NCBI GenBank assembly: GCA_046719715.1
Contig: JBDNCJ010000001.1
Location: 9,592 to 73,591, forward strand
Reading direction: 5' to 3'
From: Chloroherpetonaceae bacterium
GTDB lineage: Bacteria > Bacteroidota > Chlorobiia > Chlorobiales > Thermochlorobacteraceae
Length of the DNA stretch: 64,000 nucleotides
Shown: piece by piece, positions 57,703-64,000 of the stretch
Numbering within the stretch: position 1 is the stretch's first letter
Layout: each line of letters opens with the position of its first letter
Made by a program: the position numbers and the translations under genes
Notes under the pieces: generated by a model
What the model saw: only the letters and a program-made list of their open reading frames with translations
What the model was told of the DNA's origin: nothing
Database searches by the model: none

Positions 57703-58589
57703 CGAAAGAAGAAGTACTCATAGAAGCCCTGCCGTATATCCAAACCTACGAAGGCAAAACCTTCGTCATCAAGTTTGGCGGCGCGGTCATGGTCGATGAA
57801 AACTTGAAGCACACCTTCGCCAAAGACGTGACCATGCTCAAAAAACTTGGCATTCATATCGTTGTCGTTCACGGCGGGGGCAAAGAAATCACCAAAATCG
57901 CGAACGCCTTCGGCATTGAGACCAAATTCATCAATGGGCTCCGCTACACCGACGAGAAAATGCTCGAAGCCGTCTTGATGGGGCTCTGCTCGATGAACAA
58001 GGAAGTAACCAGTCTCATCACGAAAAACGGCGGCAATGGAATTGGGCTGTGCGGTGCTGATGCAGGGCTTATTAAAGCCAAGCGATTACAAGGCGAGGTC
58101 GATTTGGGCTTTGTGGGCGATGTCGTGAGCGTCAATGTCGCACTGCTTGAACTGCTCATGAAGCATGAAATGATTCCCGTTGTTGCGCCGATTGGTATGG
58201 GCGAGCAAGGCGAACTCTACAACATCAACGCCGATACAGTGGCGTCAGCAGTGGCGATTGCGCTCAAAGCCGAAAAACTCGTCTATCTCTCCGACATCGA
58301 GGGCGTGATGGTCGACGGTGCGCGCGTGCCCTCGCTTAACAAGTCGCAATCCAACGCGCTCATCGCTGAAGGCAAAATCTACGGCGGTATGATTCCCAAA
58401 GTGCAATCCGCCTTTGAAGCGATTGAATCAGGCGTGAAAAAAGTGCACTTCATCGACGGCAGAATCAAACATTCGCTCTTGCTCGAAGTCTTCACCAGCG
58501 ACGGCGTCGGAACGGAAATTACAGGCGAAAACGACGTTGCGCGTCTCGTCCCTGAAATGATGGAAAGAGACTTTAACGGCAAAAATTAA
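57699..58589 (+). CDS. argB: Acetylglutamate kinase
   Basis: Blocks VIKFGGAVM, VVVHGGG and LYNINADT. Confidence 0.93.
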   Translation: MTKEEVLIEALPYIQTYEGKTFVIKFGGAVMVDENLKHTFAKDVTMLKKLGIHIVVVHGGGKEITKIANAFGIETKFINGLRYTDEKMLEAVLMGLCSMNKEVTSLITKNGGNGIGLCGADAGLIKAKRLQGEVDLGFVGDVVSVNVALLELLMKHEMIPVVAPIGMGEQGELYNINADTVASAVAIALKAEKLVYLSDIEGVMVDGARVPSLNKSQSNALIAEGKIYGGMIPKVQSAFEAIESGVKKVHFIDGRIKHSLLLEVFTSDGVGTEITGENDVARLVPEMMERDFNGKN

Positions 58590-58609
58590 CTCAACGACTA
58601 ACGCAGACC

Positions 58610-59566
58610 ATGAAAGATTTTCTCTCGATTTTGGATTTTACGGCGGAAGAGATTTTTGAGCTCTTTGAGCTTGCCGATAAACTTAAATACGATGGCTCAA
58701 AGCCGCTTGCAGGAAAAACGGTTGCGATGATTTTTCAAAAGCCGTCGCTCCGCACCCGCGTCTCGTTTGAAGTCGGAATTGTGCAACTCGGCGGGCATCC
58801 AATTAGTCTTGCGCAAGAGTCGGTTGGGCTGGGCAAACGCGAAAGCGTCGCCGATGTGGCACGTGTGCTGTCGCGATACAACGACATGATTGTGGCGCGC
58901 GTCTTTGAACACGCGATTCTGACGGAAATGGCGCGATATGCGAGCGTGCCTGTGATTAACGCGCTGTCGGATTTATCGCACCCGTGCCAAGTCTTGGCAG
59001 ACGCCTATACCTTGCGTCAGCATGGCAAACTCTTCGATGGCGTCAAAGTCGTCTTCGTTGGCGATGGAAATAACGTCGCCTATTCGTGGCTTGAACTTGC
59101 AATGCTTCTGCCAATTCATTTTGTCTTGGCATCGCCGAAAGGCTATGAGCCGAATCGTGAAATGCTGAGCCTTGTGCAAACGAGCGGCGTCGGCAAAGTG
59201 GAGATTGTTCATAATCCGCAAGCGGCAGTGTGGGACGCCGATGTCGTTTATGGCGATGTATGGACAAGCATGGGACAAGAAGCCGATAACGACAAGCGCA
59301 AGAAAGATTTCATGCCCTATCAAATCAATTCAGAACTGATGAGCTACGCCAAGCCCGATGCGATTTTTATGCACTGCTTGCCCGCACATCGCGGCGAAGA
59401 AGTAACCGATGAAGTCATTGACTCGCCGCAGTCCGTCGTCTTTGACGAAGCCGAAAACCGATTACACATTCAAAAAGCCGTGATGACGAAGCTCGTTGAG
59501 CATCATTACGCGCCTGTATTTTCTTCAACACAAAAAGCACAGACGAAAGCCAAAAAGAAACGATGA
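58610..59566 (+). CDS. argF: Ornithine carbamoyltransferase
   Basis: Blocks SLRTR, HPCQVLAD, DVWTSMG (ornithine site) and HCLPAHRGEE. Confidence 0.9.
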   Translation: MKDFLSILDFTAEEIFELFELADKLKYDGSKPLAGKTVAMIFQKPSLRTRVSFEVGIVQLGGHPISLAQESVGLGKRESVADVARVLSRYNDMIVARVFEHAILTEMARYASVPVINALSDLSHPCQVLADAYTLRQHGKLFDGVKVVFVGDGNNVAYSWLELAMLLPIHFVLASPKGYEPNREMLSLVQTSGVGKVEIVHNPQAAVWDADVVYGDVWTSMGQEADNDKRKKDFMPYQINSELMSYAKPDAIFMHCLPAHRGEEVTDEVIDSPQSVVFDEAENRLHIQKAVMTKLVEHHYAPVFSSTQKAQTKAKKKR

Positions 59567-59646
59567 AAGCCTATTTGATTTTGTTTCAACTGCTCATCAC
59601 CGTAGAAACAAAACCAAACGAACTGTTAAACCAAGCCGAGATTACA

Positions 59647-60102
59647 ATGGGAAAAGCAGAACGACAATTAGCCATCAAAGAACTGATTACGACCAAAGAC
59701 ATCGCAAGCCAAGAGGAACTTGCCAAAGAACTCTTGCGCAAAGGCTTTGAAGTCAATCAAGCCACGCTCTCGCGCGATATGAAAGAACTCGGCATCGCCA
59801 AAGTGATTACCGCCGACGGCGTTTGGTATGAACTTCAACCCAATAGCGAAGCGCAACGCTTGAAAATGCTCCTTTCATATGAGATAGAGGCGATTCAATC
59901 CAATGACTGCATGGTCATTATCAAAACGCTTCGCGGCAGAGCCTCTGGCGTGGCGGAAATTCTCGACCAACTCGAGATTCCTGACATTCTCGGCACAATT
60001 GCCGGCGACGATACGATTTTCATCGCGCCAACGTCTTCAAAGAAAATTCCAGCAATTATCAAACGCATCAAAGAAGCCGTGCTTCAAACGGAGGAAAAGT
60101 GA
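59647..60102 (+). CDS. argR: Arginine repressor
   Basis: Winged-helix QEELAKELLRKGFEVNQATLSRDMKELG and the C-terminal GTIAGDDTIFI arginine-binding block. The ATG at 59647 gives a typical 151 aa. The alternative ATG at 59563 overlaps the argF stop. Confidence 0.88.
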   Translation: MGKAERQLAIKELITTKDIASQEELAKELLRKGFEVNQATLSRDMKELGIAKVITADGVWYELQPNSEAQRLKMLLSYEIEAIQSNDCMVIIKTLRGRASGVAEILDQLEIPDILGTIAGDDTIFIAPTSSKKIPAIIKRIKEAVLQTEEK

Positions 60103-60317
60103 GTCAATATCTCGATCGAATCACGCTCAACCCCGGCATTATGAACGGCAAACCGACCATTCGCAACATGCGCTTCTGCGTCTCTGATGTCTTGGCATTG
60201 CTTGCTTCCGGAATGACCATTGACGAAATCCTTGCAGATTATCCTTACTTGGAGCGAGCAGATATTCTTGCATGCTTGGAATACGCCTCGGCATCTGATT
60301 CAGCAAAAGTTCCGTGA
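60099..60317 (+). CDS. DUF433-domain protein (antitoxin-like)
   Basis: 72 aa with the DUF433 pattern I...P.I..GKP.IR..R..V.D.L..L..G....EIL.DYP.L...DI.A.L.YA. The GTG start overlaps the argR stop (GTGA). Confidence 0.75.
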   Translation: MSQYLDRITLNPGIMNGKPTIRNMRFCVSDVLALLASGMTIDEILADYPYLERADILACLEYASASDSAKVP

Positions 60318-60383
60318 TGAGCAAGCATCAGTTGTTATTCTTGAACAATCATCATTAACCACGTTTTAATTCAATCTCGAGGA

Positions 60384-61610
60384 ATGAAAGAAAAAATCGC
60401 TGTCGCCTATTCGGGCGGATTAGACACATCGGTCATCGCCAAGTGGCTTCAAGAAAAGTATAACGCTGATGTGATTACGGTGTCAGCAAATCTGGGTCAA
60501 CAAAAAGAGTTGGTCGGGATAGAAGAAAAAGCCTACAAGACAGGCGCAAAGAAAGCGATTGTCTTGGACTTGCGTGACACGTTTGCAACCGAATACATTT
60601 TCCCTGCGCTCAAAGCCGGTGCGCTTTACGAGCATACCTATCCGATGGCAACGTCGCTCGGTCGTCCGCTGATTGCCAAAGCGTTGGTTGATGTTGCCAG
60701 AGCCGAAGGATGCACGGCGGTCGCACACGGTTGCACGGGCAAAGGCAACGACCAAGTGCGCTTCGAAGCCGCTATTGCCGCGCTTGCCCCCGAGCTCAAA
60801 GTCTATGCGCCGCTTCGCGAGTGGGAGTTCAAGTCGCGTGAAGAAGAAATCGAGTATTGCCACAAGCACGGCATTCCCGTCAAGGCGACGAAAGAAAGCC
60901 CATATTCCATTGACGAAAATATGTGGGGCACATCGATTGAATGTGGCATTTTGGAAAACCCGCGCGTCGCACCGCCCGAAGACGCTTACCAGCGCACCGT
61001 CTCACCCGAACAAGCCCCGAATGAAGGCGTGGTGGTTGAACTTGAATTTCAGAACGGCGTGCCCGTTTCGCTTGATGGAAAATCGCTTCCGCCCGTTGAA
61101 CTCATTATGACGCTCAACGAGATTGCCGGCGCGCATGGCATTGGACGGTTAGATTTGATTGAAAACCGATTAGTCGGCATTAAATCGCGTGAACTCTACG
61201 AAGCCCCCGCCGCTACCGTGCTTCACTTCGCACACCGCGAACTTGAACGGCTCACGATGGATAAAGACACCATGCACTATAAAGCCAAACTCGCGAATGA
61301 TTACGCCGACCTCATCTACAACGGCTTGTGGTTTTCGCCGCTTCGCTACGCGCTTAATGCTTTCGTGGAAGAAACGCAAAAGGTGGTCAATGGCGTCATC
61401 ACGCTCAAACTCTACAAAGGGAACATCATGCTGCTCTCGCGCTGGTCGCCGAATTCGCTCTACGATGAAAGCCTCGCCACCTACACCGAAGAAGACCAAT
61501 TTGACCACAAAGCGAGCATCGGGTTTATCAAAATTTATAGCCTGCCACTAAAAACCTACTATCGCATTAACGGAGCGCCGACCGCAGAGCAAGAAGTCGT
61601 AGCGAAGTAA
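60384..61610 (+). CDS. argG: Argininosuccinate synthase
   Basis: Blocks AYSGGLDTS and [14 protein letters not shown], plus the ENR..G.KSRE block. Confidence 0.95.
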   Translation: MKEKIAVAYSGGLDTSVIAKWLQEKYNADVITVSANLGQQKELVGIEEKAYKTGAKKAIVLDLRDTFATEYIFPALKAGALYEHTYPMATSLGRPLIAKALVDVARAEGCTAVAHGCTGKGNDQVRFEAAIAALAPELKVYAPLREWEFKSREEEIEYCHKHGIPVKATKESPYSIDENMWGTSIECGILENPRVAPPEDAYQRTVSPEQAPNEGVVVELEFQNGVPVSLDGKSLPPVELIMTLNEIAGAHGIGRLDLIENRLVGIKSRELYEAPAATVLHFAHRELERLTMDKDTMHYKAKLANDYADLIYNGLWFSPLRYALNAFVEETQKVVNGVITLKLYKGNIMLLSRWSPNSLYDESLATYTEEDQFDHKASIGFIKIYSLPLKTYYRINGAPTAEQEVVAK

Positions 61611-61648
61611 GTATCGAGACAGAATTAGGGATAAGGTTGACAAACGAC

Positions 61649-61707
61649 GCCGTCATTGAAAGCGAAGCGATGAATCCACTTGGATTCCTCGCTCCGTTCA
61701 GAATGGC
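61649..61707. repeat. REP/MITE-like palindromic element, copy B
   Basis: GCCGTCATTGAAAGCGAAGCGATGAATCCA ct TGGATTCCTCGCTCCGTTCAGAATGGC. About 80% of aligned positions match copy A. It is nested in an outer 7-bp stem (GGATAAG 61629-61635 / CTTATCC 61712-61718). Confidence 0.7.
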
Positions 61708-61736
61708 AAATCTTATCCTTTCAAGTGATATTGGTA

Positions 61737-62537
61737 TTACTTTGTCCCTGTTCGAATTTCATAAATCATCAGCAATGGGCGTGAGGCTACTTTTGAAAAT
61801 CCCGCCTCGCGCATGAGCTCGAGCACGTTGCTTGCGAGGAATTGCTCTGCATATGGTTCAAGGAAAAGCGAGGAACTGATGTTGCCGCCGAGTTTGGCAA
61901 GAGCGTCGCCTTGTGCGCCATCAAAGACGACAAACACGCCGCCCGGCTTTAAGACACGCCGCGCTTCTTTCATAATGTTGAGCGCGGCATGAAGCGGTGT
62001 TTCGTGGAAAAGCAGTGAAGCCGTTACGGCGTCAAACGAATTATCCTCAAATGGTAAGGCTTCGGCGTTGGCGTGAATGAACGAAATGTTTGGAAGCGAT
62101 TGGGCTTTAAGACGAGCGGCAAACACCATATACGGCGAAAGGTCAACGCCCGTCACACAAGCCGATGTGAGCCTTGACGCAATCGCGCGCGTTGCCGTGC
62201 CTGTGCCGCACCCTAAATCCAGCACCGATGTAGCGTTGGCAGGGATTGAATTTGCTGTCTCGCTACGCAAGAAATTTTCATTCGGAACGAGAATTTGCTT
62301 GGTGATGGGGTCGTAAGTAATCGCGGCGTCTTTGTTGAGGTAGCCGCCGTCGACGCTGTGAAAATCTTGTTTGTAGTAATCGGGATAAACGATAGCGGGA
62401 TTGGCGAGTTTATCGCCTTCGGCTTGAACATTGACGCCGTCAAAGATACGTTCAGTGAGAAGCGGACGAAGCCAAGTTTCGTTGGACTCCAAAAAATTAA
62501 CGATGCCTTGTTGCAAGGGCGAGAGCGCGAGTTTCAT
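61737..62537 (-). CDS. Class I SAM-dependent methyltransferase
   Basis: SAM motif I VLDLGCGTGTAT and post-I/II blocks (VTGVDLS, FDAVTAS). I chose the ATG at 62537. The track start at 62549 is a TTG. Confidence 0.8.
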   Translation of the reverse strand: MKLALSPLQQGIVNFLESNETWLRPLLTERIFDGVNVQAEGDKLANPAIVYPDYYKQDFHSVDGGYLNKDAAITYDPITKQILVPNENFLRSETANSIPANATSVLDLGCGTGTATRAIASRLTSACVTGVDLSPYMVFAARLKAQSLPNISFIHANAEALPFEDNSFDAVTASLLFHETPLHAALNIMKEARRVLKPGGVFVVFDGAQGDALAKLGGNISSSLFLEPYAEQFLASNVLELMREAGFSKVASRPLLMIYEIRTGTK

Positions 62538-62614
62538 ACTGTCAATCAAAGGTTAGGTTGAATATCCTATACAAACCCCTAAACTTTGTTGAGCGTTCAG
62601 CCGTGCGAGGCGGA

Positions 62615-63766
62615 TTACGAGAAAAAGACGTTTAGCGAGCCGTTTTCGTATTTGGCGTAATCAGTTTTCTTGCCTACGAGCACGTTCGGCAAGACGATAT
62701 TTTTGCGGAAGTTGTTGACTTCAATCAGCAGTTCATCGCCTTTGACGTTCATTTGCAGTCGGTCGATTTCCACGTTCGGCAGGTAGAGTTTCATCAAATA
62801 CTTGCCGTTTTCTTTTTGGACTTCTTGGGTGCGTTGCGATGTATAGAAGACTTTGGTCGGACTTGACGCTTTGAAAATTTCATTCGCCAATTCCGAAAGC
62901 GCGTCCGTTCCGATGACTTCCTGTTCGCGGTGCATCGCTGTGAAGACGGGCGTTGGATAAAAGCACGAGAGAATCATCTCGCGATATTTCTTCTGCTGAG
63001 CAACAAGCGCGTGCAAATAGGGGTCGCTGGTGTTGTCGGGAAAGACTTTATTGACGATGGCGGCGTCGAGCGTGTAGCCGAACAGGTTGAGGTATGTTTG
63101 TGCACGAAGGGCTTCTTTGATGACCATTTGTTCGGGATTGAGCACAATGCGAAACGAGGTAACGGCGGGATTGAGCAAAATGGCGTGCAGTTCCTTCATG
63201 TGCGCGCCGATTTCCGGCATGAGGCGAAAAATGTTTTTTTTCGGCATCAATTTTTGAATGAGCGGATAGGCGAAACTGATGGTCTTCATGTGCCAAGAGG
63301 CCACTTTGGTAGTATACCATTGATAGGATTCTGGTAAAGCGAGCAAGCGCATGGTTTCGCCGGTCGGGGCGGCATCGACGATAATGACGTCGTATTTGCC
63401 AGATTTTTCAGCGAGCCAAATATGACGCAGGCTAATCATTTCTTCCATGCCGGGCATAATGGCGAGCTCATCGGCGACGATTTCCGACGCGCCATCGTTT
63501 GCCAAAATGGTTGAAAAATACTCGTGAAATTCCGACCAGTTTTTTCGTATTTCCGATAAAATGTTGATTTCCGCCGCGAAGAGGTTGTTCTCGATTTCAA
63601 TCGGCGTATCGCTGAGTTCTCTGCCGAGCGCGTCGGCGAGGCTGTGGGCGATGTCGGTGCTTAATATCAAAACGCGCTTGCCTTCGCGAGCGGCTCTTAC
63701 GGCGGTGGCGGAGGAAATAGTCGTTTTGCCCACGCCGCCTTTGCCGAGATAAAGTATAATACGCAT
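62615..63766 (-). CDS. ArsA/Get3-family ATPase with C-terminal HSP20-like (alpha-crystallin-type) domain
   Basis: Deviant Walker [18 protein letters not shown] and DAAPTGET. The last ~85 aa form the beta-rich domain [28 protein letters not shown]... Confidence 0.85.
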   Translation of the reverse strand: MRIILYLGKGGVGKTTISSATAVRAAREGKRVLILSTDIAHSLADALGRELSDTPIEIENNLFAAEINILSEIRKNWSEFHEYFSTILANDGASEIVADELAIMPGMEEMISLRHIWLAEKSGKYDVIIVDAAPTGETMRLLALPESYQWYTTKVASWHMKTISFAYPLIQKLMPKKNIFRLMPEIGAHMKELHAILLNPAVTSFRIVLNPEQMVIKEALRAQTYLNLFGYTLDAAIVNKVFPDNTSDPYLHALVAQQKKYREMILSCFYPTPVFTAMHREQEVIGTDALSELANEIFKASSPTKVFYTSQRTQEVQKENGKYLMKLYLPNVEIDRLQMNVKGDELLIEVNNFRKNIVLPNVLVGKKTDYAKYENGSLNVFFS

Positions 63767-63854
63767 ATCAATTTGCCTTTCTTTCGTTCGCCGTCTCTCA
63801 ACGGTCAGTGGTTCAATTCTTGAAACTTTTTTGTTTTACCCTCTTCTTCAAACT

Positions 63855-64000
63855 TTACTCGACACGAATTTTAATTTTCTTTTTGCGCTCTGTCGGCTGT
63901 GCGTCAGTTTGGGGTGCGTCTTCTGTGCCTTCACTTGGCGGGGAGGTTGAGAACCCCTCAGGTGAGGTTGCTCGGGTTGCAGTTTGTTGAATCAAACTTG
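63855..64000 (-). CDS. 3' end of an unidentified gene (start outside the window)
   Basis: The minus-strand frame is open from the window edge for 47 codons and ends ...TDAQPTERKKKIKIRVE*. The tail is low-complexity P/T/E-rich, and there is no other support. Confidence 0.3.
   Translation of the reverse strand, partial: SLIQQTATRATSPEGFSTSPPSEGTEDAPQTDAQPTERKKKIKIRVE

Noticed and set aside
59563-59646. An alternative argR start at the ATG overlapping the argF stop, and a 9-bp hairpin (TTTTGTTTC 59579-59587 / GAAACAAAA 59605-59613) in the same segment.
   Set aside because: The 28 extra residues (MKAYLILFQLLITVETK...) do not resemble any ArgR N-terminus, whereas the start at 59647 gives the canonical ~150-aa protein. 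A 9-bp stem is within chance expectation. I keep it only as a note on start ambiguity.
63808-63990. A 60-aa plus-strand ORF at the window edge.
   Set aside because: It has an F/L-rich nonsense-like composition. It overlaps a minus-strand frame that stays open to the window edge and reads as a protein C-terminus. There is no ribosome-binding site or domain.

Overview
This is a bacterial chromosomal segment, roughly mid-GC by eye and about 90% coding, and most of it is housekeeping. All calls rest on motif recognition; no search or computation was run.

Two genes mark it as a chlorophototroph of the green-sulfur-bacteria lineage (Chlorobiota, perhaps Chloroherpeton- or Thermochlorobacter-like). 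This is an inference, and Chloracidobacterium is the only other FMO-bearing group:
- An unmistakable Fenna-Matthews-Olson BChl a protein gene (fmoA, 51970-53076).
- A ChlG/BchG/BchK-type (bacterio)chlorophyll synthase (21065-22057).

Recognisable blocks:
- An arginine cluster, argC-argJ | GNAT-argB-argF-argR-DUF433-argG, with an ARG-box-like operator array in its internal gap.
- efp-accB-accC.
- gpsA-plsY.
- pyrD, dapF, rsmB and hisD.
- A Ppx/GppA phosphatase, NDH-2 and lnt.
- A five-gene TolC / MacA-like adaptor / ABC ATPase / two FtsX permeases efflux operon.
- Many TPR, HEAT and WD40 repeat proteins and outer-membrane proteins.

I found no rRNA, tRNA, CRISPR array, integrase or reverse transcriptase, and no convincing novel multi-gene system.

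The best second-look items are:
- A cyanobacterial-type DUF2887/Rpn nuclease gene wedged precisely inside the efflux operon. It is AT-richer than its neighbours and carries a 12-bp tandem repeat.
- A roughly 190-nt structured, terminator-capped RNA candidate downstream of pyrD.
- A REP-like palindromic element present in two intergenic copies.
- An orphan DUF433 antitoxin-like gene inside the arg operon.
- The ArgR operator array.
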